A stretch of 62,352 bases of DNA, filler included, from Hausera hauseri (lineage: Eukaryota), in NCBI GenBank assembly GCA_046269625.1. It is 9 parts of 9 records of this genome, joined end to end, with 100 filler letters (N's around TTAATTAATTAA, not from the genome) between each part and the next. Parts side by side here need not be neighbours in the genome. Positions count along the whole stretch, not along the records: positions 31,459 to 41,556 come from JBJURY010239960.1; positions 41,657 to 48,864 come from JBJURY010030670.1; 7 more parts are not named here. One strand, written 5' to 3'. Of the stretch, positions 34,850 through 47,310 are shown in pieces; the first letter of the stretch is position 1, and every line of letters starts with the position of its first letter. The translations under genes were made by a program, and so were the position numbers. The notes beneath the pieces are model-generated. The model was not told the origin of the DNA and searched no databases. It saw only the letters and a program-made list of their open reading frames with translations.

Positions 34850-37800
34850 TGAACACAGATAGATCATGGATGATCTAACGATAAGAAGTGCTGAAGTTGG
34901 GAATGAAGAGAAAAGAGAAGATTGTTATCCTTGATCAATTCTTCCACACAATCTTGGCGGGAGATCGGGGCCCGCCTATGGACCCGACGCGTCGGCAGCG
35001 GAAACCCGGCTGTGCCCAACCAAATGGACCAGAGGGCGGTGGTCGATCTGGGAACATCATCATCCCCCCGTGGCAAAGTTAAAACTATGAAGAGTAAAAG
35101 AACAGAGAGAAAAAATCGCAAAACGAAAAGTGTCTGTGTCAGCTGATCTTAGTGTGAACAAGACGTTGGGTATCTTCTATTGATTTTACCCTGCTATACT
35201 TGCTGAATGTGACTCTGCGTGTTTTGTCTTTATGCGATGTGTTTGTTTGCGGAGATTAAAGTTGGGGAAAATTTGTGAGATTTTTGTGTAGGTTTTGTGT
35301 CGTGCGAAGGTAAATCGGAATAAAGAGAAGAGGAGGGCGGAGAAGGAAGAGGGACTGTTGAAAAAGGATGGTTAAAGGCATTGAAAATAGTGTTAGAAGA
35401 CGAAATAGTGATAAAAGGTGTAGTGGCGGATAATGGAACAGAGGAAAAAGTTGGAGTAGAGATTGGAATTGAATTGAATGAAAGAGTGGAAGAGGAAGAT
35501 GATACAGAGGGAGTGGTAGGAATAGAAGTAGATAGTGTAGAAAATGATGGAGCAGGACTAGGAGCAAAAGAGGAAGGTGGAACTGATATAGCAATAGATA
35601 TAGGGATAGCAGGTAGTGGAGGAGTGAGAAAAGAGGTTGACGTGTCGGTTGGTAAGGTGTCGTCGACAAAGAAAGCGGGCTTTAAGTTGGTAATGTGTAC
35701 TCTAAGTTCTTTGCCGTCTTTAGAGATAATGGCGTTGTGTGAGTATAGCTGTATCATTTTATAGGGCCCCAAGTACCGTGGGTGGAAACCCCAAGGCGCC
35801 TGATTCTTTAGCCATACGAATTTTGCCGTGTACAAATCTTCGTGTAAGTATGTTTTATCTTTGTGAAATATCCTAAAGAACGAATCTTTACTCACCTCGA
35901 CGAAGTGATTTTGCGCTGCCCGTATCGTCTCATCTGTGGGCGTGTCGTCCATGGCGGTTAGTTCAAATAATGATTGGACAGGAGCTCCGAATAAGACTTC
36001 AGTAGGTGAGCATCCTGTAAAAGTGAACGAAGTGTTCCGCCAACCAAGCAGAACGAACGGAATAAGATTCGTCCAACTACTGTTGAACTCTGCGAGAATT
36101 CGTAGTGACGTTTTCGATGTTTGGTGGAAACGTTCTAGAATGCCATTCAATTGGGAGTGATAAGGCGTAGTATGTATATGATGGGTCCCCAATTGGTTAA
36201 CAATAGATTTGAACAGGTTGGATTCAAACTGTGGACCCTGATCCGTGAAGGTAAAACGAGGTGATCCAAACCTGTTAATCCATTTATGAATGAAGACGTC
36301 AACTATAGTGTCGGTGTTTGTGCTCCGCAGAGGGATGGCTTCTGGACATCGCGAGGAACGGTTTATCATGGTAAGGATGAATTGATATCCGTTGTCTGGA
36401 GGAAGAGGGCCGACGATGTTGATATGCACGGATTCGAAACGCGATGTGCAGGGAAAGTGGAATAGTGGTGGCTTTAAATGATTAGCTGTTTTGTATTTTT
36501 GGCAAGCCACATACAACTTAACCCACGCCTGCATATGAGAACGCATTGACGGCGAAATTACTTGTCGATGGAGTAAACGAAAGGTGGCTTTAGCACCAGA
36601 ATTGTTTAGTGCATGCATTCTGTGAAATGCTTGCCTTTGCAATGATGGTGCTAGAATTATTACGGAATGGCCTGGTTTGGAAGTGTCTAAAGCCACGCCG
36701 TCAACGAATGTGCAAGACTTAAAAGAATTAAGCATTTCCTGAGATGACTGGTTCTGTTGAAGTTGATCTTGCGTAAAATCGGTGAAAAATTAATCGAACT
36801 AACCGACCTAGATAAAAAATCGGCAATTAAATTGTTAACCCCGTTAATGTGTTCAATATCGAAGTTAAATATCTATCAGTATGATATTTGTCGTTCTTGG
36901 CGTGTGGAAGGGTATTTCATAGCCATGATGTTAAGTAAGGACTTGTGGTCGGTTTGTATAGTAAAATGACGAGCGACAAGTAGGTGGGAGAAATGCTTTA
37001 AAGCGAGAACGGTGGCCAATAGTTCTCAATCGAACGTTGAATATCTGGTTTCAGGGGATATTAGCTTACGAGCAAACAATTCTAGTGGTTGATTTTCTCC
37101 CTTATAGATCTGGTGGAGTACAGCGCCTGCTGCAGTGGTTGACGCGTCTGTCGTAAGGTTAAGTTCTGCATCAGGCTTGGGAAAAGCGAGAATATCAACG
37201 GTCTTAATTTCTTCGCGTAACTTATCAAAGTTTTCAACCAATTCAAGTGTCCACTGGATTGGCTGATGTTTTTTTGCCGCCGCTTAGGTGTGCGAATGAT
37301 TCTGTCAATTCGGAGCAATATGGTACATATTTATGTACAAAGTGTAGTGTACCAAGGAAGCTGTGCATTTCGGTGGTTGTAAGTGGCAACTGGATATTTT
37401 TAAGAGCTTCGACTCGGTATGGTTGGAGGGGAATGCCCGTCTGGTGTAATAACGTGGCTTAAAAAGTTAATGCGCTTTTTGGAGAAATGGAATTTATCAA
37501 AACTGATTTGGAGATTATGGTGGTTAAGGCGTTGGAATATTGCGCGAAGGTGTTCCTCGTGTTGTTTGGCCAAAGATGAAACGACTAGAATATCATCGAT
37601 ATAAGGGTGTGCAAACAGGAAATCTAAAAGAATTGAATCAATGTGCCGCTGAAAAGTTTGTGCGGCATTCCTCAAACCGAATGGCATAAACAGGTATTCG
37701 TAGAGACCAAAAGGAGTAGTGACAGCAGTTTTTCTATGTCTTCTGGTGCCACCGGTATTTGATGGTGTGCTTTAGCTAAATCAATGGTCAAATAGATGGT

Positions 37801-40345
37801 GGTTGAATTAAAATGATACAAGATATCCTTGATGAGTGGTAAAGGGTACGCATCTATGATTGTCAAGTTATTCAGCTGTCGGTAGTCACTGAATGGTCTA
37901 AAAGTACCGTCCTTCTTTGTACAACGTGTAGAGGTGATGACCAAGGAGATTTGGAACGACGTACTCTGTCGGCACGTTCTAATTCAAGAAATTCAGCTTC
38001 TACGGCCTGTTTACGACGAGGTGACAGAGGTCGTACCTTTTGGCCTATTGGACGTTGATGCTGTGTAACTATGTGGTGTAAAGTACTGTTTGCTGGAGTA
38101 AACGTACGATCTTTTTAAGTACGCGTGTACATAATGTGTTGACGAATTGCTGTAAAGTTGTAGGTAACTGTAAGAGATTTGGTGGAAGTGGTGAAACGGC
38201 TTGAGTAGTAGCAGATGCAATTTGTGAATTGTTGGCTATGTGCAATAAAGTGGTATTTGGTGTAAGATGGTCGAATTGAAAATGGTGTTGAATGAAGTGA
38301 TTTTGTCGAATGAATTAACGTTGGTGGCAATACCACAATTATCGACATCGAACCTCAGTCGAATATCTGTATTAGTATTTAAAAAATTACGAATTGAATT
38401 ATTGTTATGAAAATTTGAATTATTCATTGATTTTGCCAAGATTGACCTCCGCGTCCCGGTCGACTGCGCGGTAGTCGAAATGCTATTGACATGCTCAGCA
38501 ATGTCGCTATTGGTGCCATTCCTCAAACATCGCTGACTGCAGTCAACCAATAGGTTATAATGTGATAGAAAATCGGAACCAAGAATTGCCGTCTGGACGT
38601 TAGCGAATGTGAACGTCCAGTAGAAAGGTGAAGGAAATTTTAGTAAAGTGAAAGATAATTTAGCCATGCCAGAAATGTGCAGCGGTTGACCTGAAGCGGT
38701 GTATAAAGACTTAATTCTAAATGGAGAATTTTGTACAGGAAAGGTTCGTGGTATTAAAGAAATCGCTGCACCTGTAGCGGTGAGGAAATCAACATATTGC
38801 GTTGTAAGAGCGGTGATTGCAGCCTTTAGAGTAAATACAGCAAAAGAGACGTGTCGGCGTTCAGAAAGTGAAGTAGTGCCTTTTCCAGAGTTTGCCGTGA
38901 CTTCTGGCAGCGAACTTAGGTTTTTTGAGCGGGTGAACTAGGACGAATATTAGAAGGAAAAGTAGTACGTCCATCATTCGTATTTAATTTGAAAGTGCAA
39001 CCTGGAATGCATTTACGAGCTTGGTTTTTGAACCGTGCATGGTAGATGCAAACAACGGTTTCCGAAGAAAAACTCTTGTTATAAAATTTGCACCCTAGGC
39101 AGCACTTCTGCGCACTCGCGTTAAATCTGCTGTGATAATAGCAGATCGACGAACGCACAGGCGATGGTGAGCGGTTTCTAGACGCACAACGAACGCGGTC
39201 AGCGAAAAATCCCCTCGGCGGGACAGAAAAAGTTCGTTTAATTTATTATTAATATTGTTGATTGTTGCGTGTACTGCAATATTTTCAGCACGTAGCTGAT
39301 TAAGCTGTTGTTCTACTGATGTGTTATTGGCTTGAATATCGTTAGTGGCAACTGCTGCCGAAACAACTGATGGGGAATTTACGTGTCGAACGTCGTGTGT
39401 CCTATGGGCTAATTCGGCCAATTTCTTCAAAGACGTGGAGTCCTCCACCACGGTAAGTAGAGCCCGGATTTGGATAGGTAGCGCATTGAGGAAATAGTGG
39501 CGCAGTAGATCTGTATTGTGTTCTGTAGTGACGCCGAGGGTATGTAGATGTGCTAAAGAGGTGCGTAAGAATTCTGATTATCATTGGGTGCCTATAACGT
39601 TGTCGTGGAAGAAACGTTGTATGATCGTGTCCATGGAAGGTTCTGTGATCTTAAGAACTGCGTTGAAAAGCTGGGGATATGGGTCAGGAAGTTCAAAGAT
39701 TTTGATGATGTTGTGAATGCGTGTTTTGATGTTATTAGGGAGTAAGAAGAGGAGATTATGTGCTTTAGTTAAAGAGTCAGTAATGTTATTTGCCTCTAGC
39801 CATAGTTGATGAAATTGCAACCAAGTTTTTCTGGAGCCTTGGTTGTCAATAAAGAATACGGTGCAGTGGGGAAAAGGAGCGGAAGAGGTAATAGGTGAGA
39901 GGTTGCTAGCAGGGGTAAGAATGGGATTTGGAGAAATATGACAGGTTTTGATTTTGTGGTAATTTTATCCGTGGTGTATATGTTTGGCGATGAGTTCATG
40001 CCACCACGGGTACGGATATGTATGTGGAGACAAGTATGGGTTGAGAAAGATGGTAGGGTTCCGGTGAGGGGTATTATAGAACCGTTATATTTAAGATAGA
40101 AATCGGAAGATTTGAGTAAGAAATAAATGAAGGTACGAAGGGTTGCAATATGTAAATGTGATGTAATAAGTGTGTATATGTGCTTATTATTTATGAAAAG
40201 GAAAATAGAGAATTGGAAGGTAGTCTACCTGGGGACGCGCTGTGGGGCCGACGCGAAAGACGCCGTCTGACCGACCCGTGCAGGGTTGACGGCCGGGACC
40301 TCAGCCTAGTCGCGACGGGCCACAAATTGCGAAGTGGCCGAATTT
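34850..40345 (-). mobile_element. Near full-length CsRn1/Boudicca-like Ty3/Gypsy retrotransposon (gag with double CHCC, PR, RT, RH, IN with Ser/Pro/Thr-rich tail), degraded
   Basis: CYYH...C...C and CIYH...C...C; ILGSDFL; MPFGLRNAAQTFQR, YIDD; TTDAS; TDQGPQFES, ERFH, YLGPY; PPT-like ggggggatgatga before TGTTCC at 35056. Confidence 0.92.
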
Positions 40346-40369
40346 CCCCTCAAAAGTGCGGCCTTTGTT

Positions 40370-41140
40370 ACTCGGAATTTCTGGATTGCTATCATGACAT
40401 CTCTAGGCTTAATTTCACCGCGATAGTTCATGACAATCGATATGAATTTCCCTTTATTTGAGCCGGTTTTAGTCATTTGGTGATCTTTCGAGGAGACACC
40501 TTTTATAATCTCTTCGATCGATGGACTGGCATACTTAAATCGTGTTTGGTGCAGAATTGGAGAATGACTCATTATTTTGTGGTGTATCTTTGGGTACGAT
40601 ATTGAATTTTTATGTATTTCTTTCAAACCAGTATTCATCGTTGTTTCAAATTGCGCTGATGTTGTAGATGAGCTAATCGTTATAGATGTTATTCGATTGA
40701 GATTAGGATAATATGGTGAATTCATGAACAATAGATATTTACAAACATCATAAAGAGCTTCATTATCAAAAAGTATAGACAAATCACACGTATCTAGTGT
40801 TGTATGACTATGGAATACGCTATTCTATAGCTCAACAATCGCAGTAGACATTATCAGGCTGGGAAATAATTCCAATTGTATTCGGTTTGTTTTGGGGTAA
40901 TCAATGGCTAATTGCTGCATTATCAACGCAGCAACTCTAGACCCGTACCACCACCCATACTGTTAATGACGATAAATGCATCCAAATTATTCGTCATTTC
41001 AGCTAGTTTAAATAGTCGCGGTCGAAACAATCTTACCAGTCGTACACCAGGATTGAGGCTTCCTCGCGCAAAATTGTTACCTGGATCTTCACAGTTAGTA
41101 ATCATTGATTCTCTGCTAAAAATATTTCGATATGCTCCAG
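40370..41140 (-). pseudogene. tuba: Divergent alpha-tubulin fragment, frameshifted
   Basis: EDPGNNFARG, SMGGGTG, FDNEALYDVC, YPNLNR, YPKIH, YRGEI.P.DV. Confidence 0.85.
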
Positions 41141-41142
41141 AG

Positions 41143-41261
41143 TAGTTGGTAATACCAGGAAATAAAAAACTTCCATTTTTTTCATTTTTTCTCGCTCCCT
41201 ACCGGTCGTTCAAAGAAAATGAAAAAATGGAAGAGTTTTCATTTACTGGTATTACTAACTA
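41143..41261. repeat. Fold-back hairpin of about 120 bp (MITE-like)
   Basis: tagttggtaataccaggaaat...cttccatttttttcatttt and its imperfect reverse complement, around a short GC-richer loop. Confidence 0.7.
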
Positions 41262-41556
41262 ATAATGAAAAATAAATTTTAAATATATCTTAATCAGAAA
41301 ATCACATTTTTTTTGAAGCAACCCAATTTAAAAAAAACAAATTTTTAAAGACACAATTTTTTAAAAAACATTTAAAAAACCCAATTTTTAAAAAAACGGC
41401 TTTTTTAAAAAACACAAAATGCAATTTTCAAGGGGTTAAGAAAAATGGGTTAAAATGGAAACAAATCAATTATAAAAAATGAGTTCAAATAATTCTGATT
41501 GTAAATTTTGTGAAACAGGACACAATAATAAAATCAGATAATAAATACATCTGGAG

Positions 41557-41656
41557 NNNNNNNNNNNNNNNNNNNNNNNNNNNNNNNNNNNNNNNNNNNN
41601 TTAATTAATTAANNNNNNNNNNNNNNNNNNNNNNNNNNNNNNNNNNNNNNNNNNNN
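41557..41656. other. Artificial contig linker
   Basis: N44-TTAATTAATTAA-N44. Confidence 0.99.
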
Positions 41657-41703
41657 GAATCCTCCACCTCATGCGTGGTCATGTTTGCCAGGACCCCCGT
41701 GCA

Positions 41704-42715
41704 GAAGCCTTACTAGAAGAGGACAGGTATTTTTTTTCCTAGCATTGGAAACTTTTATTTACTTATCTATTCATATCGCCGGTTCCTCTTCTGGGTTATT
41801 AGGCCTATGTACAACATCCTCTGACACTGTCTGGCATGACAACCCATCCCTCAAACCAAATTCTAAAATTAACCACTTTAATTCGACCCCCATATTAACC
41901 ATTAGGCCCTATTAACCACTAAATTTTAATTGAAACCTTGTAAATTTTTAATTGGATAGTTACCTTGTAAATTTTGTTGTTTTGTTTGGGTTTTCAGATA
42001 CGGCCCAAGGCCTTAAGCTGAGGCCTGTGCTGAATGTTGTGCTAAATGTTGACACAGACTTCCCTGTCCGCATAGCCGCCAGCGACAAGGGCTGTCTTTG
42101 GTACAAGAAGGACAACAAATTCAAAATCCCCAAAGGTGTGTGTGTTTCCTGCAACAACATGTTTCCATAAAGATAATTAGTCCGAACAGAGAAGGGCTGA
42201 AACCTGTTTGCTCTTCTTATTTTGCTGTTGCAGCCTACATCAGATTCCACCTAATCTCTCCAGTAATTCAACAATCTGCTAAGAAGTAAGTTCAGGTTTT
42301 AAATGTGAGCTGATAAAATATCCAGTTATGTTTTCTGTTTTCTGTACCGGAGTGTACCTGTTGATTTAAAGGGAGAATAACCGTAGGGCTGTTCAATTGA
42401 AAAGGGTTCTAAATTTGACAGTGGGAGGAGCCACTGCAGGTATATAAGGCCGAGCCCTAGTGAGCCGGCATTCACTTACATGCACTCAGACCTGATGAAG
42501 GCTCTGGAAGCCGAAACATTGTCAACAAAGTGCATGAATTACACAAATTGGGAATAATTAGTAGTGTGAGGGAGGTTGTTTGTGTTTAGGGCAGTTGATG
42601 GGGATGGGTGGACTGGGACAGAGCTTTAGCTCTTCCATGTGGTCCACACCGGGAAGCCTTACTAGAAGAGGACAGGTTTTTGTTCCTAGTATTGGAAACT
42701 TTATTCACTTATCTA
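41704..42715 (+). repeat. Pair of about 65-bp direct repeats (41704-41769, 42653-42715), possibly remnants of Penelope-like element termini
   Basis: gaagccttactagaagaggacagg...cctag.attggaaact(t)ttatt.acttatcta twice; hammerhead motif lies between them. Confidence 0.55.
42479..42536 (+). ncRNA. Minimal type I hammerhead ribozyme motif (Penelope-like element type)
   Basis: CTGATGA (42492), stem GGC/GCC, GAAAC, ATTGTC cleavage triplet, closed by catgcact/agtgcatg. Confidence 0.7.
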
Positions 42716-43020
42716 GTCTAGTGCAGTGCCTGTTTTTATTGTTTATAAAGAGCCTTAAGGTTGTGTGTGTATTTATGTGTGTATGTTAAACTCTCCTCTC
42801 TCTGTTGTTGGGAGCTGTGAGCTGCTTTTCATATTCTGAGCTGAATCTGGCTTCCTACACGACTCACTTTTCAGTCTGGAGCGTATTAATTATTCCCAGG
42901 ATCTTCTGTATTGTTTCTGAGTTTTTGGTTTGGTCTCATCCTCTGTTGGAGGCGGGGAACAAGGGGTTTTGTGCGTTCATCTCAGCGTTTCGCAGGAACT
43001 CCTCATAACTCAGACTCTCC

Positions 43021-44556
43021 TCAGCCGCTTTTAGCTCTCTCTTCAGTTTCCTTCTCTGTCGTCAGTTTCAGAATTTTCTGCTGGAATCGTTGAATTGTAT
43101 TTTCTAATTCTAATTCTTTATTTTCTAATTCAGTCTGATGAATGGACAGATCGTCCTCCAGATATTGGTTGTCAATTCGTAGGCTCCTGATTTCTTCCTG
43201 CATGTTTTGAATGTTCTTTTTCCAAGAAGCTCTTTGCTTTTTGAAGTTTGTCTCCTTCTGTTGGGCCTCCTGAACGCTGGCCTCATATTTGGATTGTAGC
43301 TCATCGAAAGAGCATCTCAGGAGATCCAGACTCTCTTGCAGTCGTTTGGAGGATTTTGAATGGAAGCCCAACTGTGACCTGATTTGTTCTTGAAGATTTT
43401 CATAAGAAAGTGTCACCTCCTGCAGGTTCAGTTCATTCTCTTCAGATTGCATTTTCAAAGCGGTGACTTCCGCCTTCAGAGTTTTCTTTGCAGAAATCAG
43501 TTTGAGATTTTTCTCCTGAAATTTTTGAATCTGATTTTCTAAATCTATTTGTTTCTTTGCTGCTTCAGTCCGTTCCATGGTGAGATATTCCTTCAGAGTT
43601 TGGTTAACATCCTGTAGGCTCTGTATTTCGTCCTCCATATTTGCTATTTTCTTTTTCAAAAGAACTCTCTTCTTTTGGAAGTTTTGTTTCTGCTGTTGGG
43701 CGTCCAGAACGGTGGCCTCATGTTTGGATTTTAGCTCGTTGTAAGAACCTGTCAGGTGTTTCAGACTCTCCTGCAGCTGTTGGTATTCAGGAAAGTCCTG
43801 GATATTCTGACTTTTCTTCCCCGATCGTTTTCTGAAAATGCAGAGTCTTTCCAGTATATTTTTCTTCTTAGGCCTGTCCTCTGCCTCAATCTGTGAACTC
43901 TCTTTGAGTTGTTTTTGAAGCTCTTCGTAAGAACGTTTCAGATCATATAGCCTCTCGTGAAGATTCAGTTCCTTGTCTTCAGATTGGCTTTTCAAAGCAG
44001 CGAGCTCTTTTTTCAGAGTTTTCTTTGCAGAAACTAGTTTTTTATTCTTCTTTTGAAGTCTTTTGATCTTGTCGTTTAGTTGTGACACCTCGTCGTCAGA
44101 TTCTCTATGCAGCTCAGCTTCCAAACCCTGTATAACTTCCTGCTGACTCTGTAAATTCTCTTCATAAGAATACTTTTGTTCTAGGAGTTTTTCTTTGTAT
44201 CTCTGCCGCTGCTGTTCATATTTGACCATCAGTTCTTCATACAATACTCTAGAATCACCAAGACTCTCCTGAAGAGACATTTCTCTGTCTTTTGATGTTT
44301 GCTGTAAGTCCTGCAGATCTTTTGTTTTTGCTTGTAGGCTTTCAGTGACCTCCCGAAGTCTCTCCTTAAGTTTTTGGATTTTTGCTCGCTGTTTTTCAAT
44401 CTTCTCAGAGTCTGGAAGGTTGTATCCCTTCTTTGAATCTGGCTGATCTGATGACTGACTGCCAGCGTTCTGCAGACAAGCATCCATGGCTTCCGAGTTC
44501 TGATGTTCTGAGGGACCTGTGGCCTGTTCAGAAAGGTCCTCGCTCTCAGCCAACAT
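43021..44556 (-). CDS. Intronless coiled-coil protein with internal repeats (511 aa)
   Basis: Long open ORF rich in K/E/Q/L heptads; repeated segments (KL.SAKKTLK.E..ALK.QSE..ELNL; LQESL..L..S..EL.SK.EA.V..AQQ). Confidence 0.7.
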   Translation of the reverse strand: MLAESEDLSEQATGPSEHQNSEAMDACLQNAGSQSSDQPDSKKGYNLPDSEKIEKQRAKIQKLKERLREVTESLQAKTKDLQDLQQTSKDREMSLQESLGDSRVLYEELMVKYEQQRQRYKEKLLEQKYSYEENLQSQQEVIQGLEAELHRESDDEVSQLNDKIKRLQKKNKKLVSAKKTLKKELAALKSQSEDKELNLHERLYDLKRSYEELQKQLKESSQIEAEDRPKKKNILERLCIFRKRSGKKSQNIQDFPEYQQLQESLKHLTGSYNELKSKHEATVLDAQQQKQNFQKKRVLLKKKIANMEDEIQSLQDVNQTLKEYLTMERTEAAKKQIDLENQIQKFQEKNLKLISAKKTLKAEVTALKMQSEENELNLQEVTLSYENLQEQIRSQLGFHSKSSKRLQESLDLLRCSFDELQSKYEASVQEAQQKETNFKKQRASWKKNIQNMQEEIRSLRIDNQYLEDDLSIHQTELENKELELENTIQRFQQKILKLTTEKETEERAKSG

Positions 44557-44637
44557 ATTTCCTCAGAATAAATCTGTGAGAAAAACTTCAAACATTACCT
44601 AGTGCTTACGTTCTGACTGAAAACTTATCTGAATACA

Positions 44638-44785
44638 GGGTTGGAGCTGTGATGTCATAGTGATGTCACGGAAAAAATTCCTTTAAGTGGGGGGGGGGGG
44701 GGCTCAAAGTGGGCTGGAGCTGTGATGTCATAGTAATGTCACGGAAAAATTCCTTTAAGTGGGGGGGGGGCTCAAAGTGGGCGGA
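44638..44785. repeat. Tandem duplication of about 73 bp with G-runs, upstream of the coiled-coil ORF
   Basis: ggagctgtgatgtcatagt.atgtcacggaaaaattcctttaagt(G)n ctcaaagtgggc twice. Confidence 0.75.
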
Positions 44786-45801
44786 GTTACAGACAGGACA
44801 ATACCATTTGTTCTTATTTATGCTATTTTGTTTGTTTTGATTGTTCCTTGTGTTCTTTGTTTTCTTTTCCAAAAACATGTACAAGTTTCCCTTCATTGAC
44901 AGGCCTACCTTGGAAAAGAGATCTGTGATCTCAACGGGACTTGCCTGGTTAAATAATAACAAATAAAATAATAAAAACAATTCTACCTGATTAAACTGAG
45001 ATTGTTTAACTTTATAATAGAAACGTTCCTTTTGGGGAAAAGACAGAACTGCTGAAAACTACACTTTAACAGTTTATATGAAGCACTGCTCTGCCTCCAT
45101 TCATTTGAATAAAATAAATTAAAATACACCAGAAACTTTTACTATCTTAAAAAGAAGGCTTTAGAATCATTAATTTCATTGTGATTTTTTTTTCAAAAAA
45201 AAATATTTACAGTAGAACAAAAGTGAGACATTTCAAATCCCTATTTTCCCCCTGTTTGATTTTGAAATCTGCAGTAACCTGTATCAAATACAATCAAATG
45301 ACAAAACACAGAAAGGAAGAATGATTTACAATAACTTTACAATAAAGAAATAAACTTATAATAATTATCAAAGCAGGGAAACTGTTTCAAGTTGACCACT
45401 AGGGGGGAACCGTTTCTTTAAAGAAAAATACGTTTTCAATTTCCGGTTTTACCTTCAAAGTAAATTCACTGTTGGTTTGTGTGTGAATACATTTGTCTGC
45501 TTCAGGACTTAAAATTATGTTTAACAGATAAAATCAAGCGATAAAGTCTGGGGTGATTATTCTGTAACGATTTTACCTTTTGCCGCGTCGACTCGTTTAA
45601 ATCTCTCCACTCGGCTAAAGTGAGCGCTTTTATTTTGAAAGGCCCATTGGCGGTATCCTGTACCCGTTCTTCCGGGTGTTGTATTTAATTTCGTTTATGC
45701 GCGCTGTGGAGCTTGGTTGCCCCCGTTGTTGGGCTGTGATTGTAGCTGACGGGATGCTGACTTTAAGACTCCGGTTTTAGGTCCGAGCCGGTGCCGCAGC
45801 C

Positions 45802-47271
45802 ATGTCCTCCCAGAGCGGCAGCACCGCTTCGGGGATCCAGGGACTTCTTCTGAAACTTCACGAGTTTCTTTCAGACGAAGACTCCCGCTCTGCAGCTTTG
45901 AAATGTCACGATATTATCGGGGATTTGGGTCAGGAGTGCATGCTAACGACCACCGAGACTGAACTCGGTAAGACATAAACAGATATACCCTGGCTGGAGT
46001 GCGTTTATCACACGCGCCAAACTCCATTTAAAAAGGGGCGATTTTAACACAAAAACGATTCTTTTGGTAATTTCCAATAAATAAACAAGAAAGAAAAAAA
46101 TACTATCTGGATTAGAATGTTATGCTCATCAATTCGTCTTACAGGAAACACTTCATCATCATCAGCCTTCCACCACCGAGCTTGACAGTTATGTTGTGTT
46201 TGCTGCAGTGCATTGTGGGTAAACCACTTGTACATTGGCCTGGCTTTGTGGTTCCTTCACATGAAACTTTTCCAGTCACGTATTCCTGTCGTGACCTTTG
46301 ACCCTATACTTATTGAGGGGTAATAGCTGAGATCTTTCAGGGGCGTTGCAGGGGGGCTCTGATTGATTGTTGAACCCCCTGAAGATAGCTTATGACCATG
46401 TTCCCTGCATGTATGGGCCACAAAGGAAATAATTCTGATTAATTATATCTTCTGATCAAGCTTTGCAGATGTCGCTGCTGTTCTCCAAAGAGCACGGACT
46501 GCTCTGCTTCCTCAGGAAGTCCCTGTCATTGGATGAGGTACCGTTAAATAATTATCCTGTCATCACATACAAAGTTTGAACATCTAAAGTACAAAGTGTG
46601 TTTTCCAGCTGCGGGACACCCGTGTGGAAGTTTTAGTGTTTCTGGAGAAGTTTCTGGACAAAGTGTCACCGAGAGTCAAAGGCTGGGAGAAAACCTACGC
46701 CACCGACTTGAGAGTAAGCTGCACATTTAACAAAACGAGTCTCTGCTCTTTATTACCCCACACTCCCTTTGTTTATCCTTTGTTTTTCTGCAGGACGTGT
46801 GTTTGGTTGTGTACACCAAGGAGAAAGGCGCCAAATGTCGAACTCCTGCGCTGGAGCTGCTTATAAAGGTGAGGAACCCTGTAACCTGAATTTTCAGTCG
46901 TTGCACTTTCGTTGCTCCTGACGACACGTGCTGTCGACGTCTCCGCAGGTCCTGCAGACCACCAGGTCTTCCAGCATCGCTGCAGACTTCAGAATCTGCG
47001 ATGTGTTCAACAAGTTCTACAGCGAGCTCTGCCAGAAGAGCAAGTTAGCGGACTCAGGTGGGTCCGCTCTCCGGCCCAAAGCTCAAATTTAAGCCCAAAT
47101 GTTTTTATTTTGTCTGTAACATTTTGAATTATGCACCATTTTGTTTGTTTTGTGACAGTTCTGGGGAAGATCTACGAGTTGCTGGGAGTTCTTGCAGAAA
47201 TTCACCCGAGCGAGATGGTCAACAACTCAGACAAGCTGTTCAAGGCTTACCTGGGGGAGCTGAAAGACCAG
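45802..47271 (+). CDS. prkdc: DNA-PK catalytic subunit, coding exons 1-6 (45802-45967, 46461-46537, 46609-46713, 46794-46868, 46949-47057, 47159-47271), teleost-like
   Basis: GT-AG exons splice to MSSQ...LGQECML...[21 protein letters not shown]...[19 protein letters not shown]...KIYELLG.L.E.HPSEM.NN...LFKA.LGELK.Q. Confidence 0.93.
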
Positions 47272-47310
47272 GTGGGCTTTACACCCGCATGTTTCTGCTC
47301 CTAACTTTAA

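Noticed and set aside
35256-35764. Overlapping Leu-rich and acidic ORFs at the integrase end as an env gene
   Set aside because: These are alternative-frame and antisense shadows of a low-complexity Ser/Pro/Thr integrase tail
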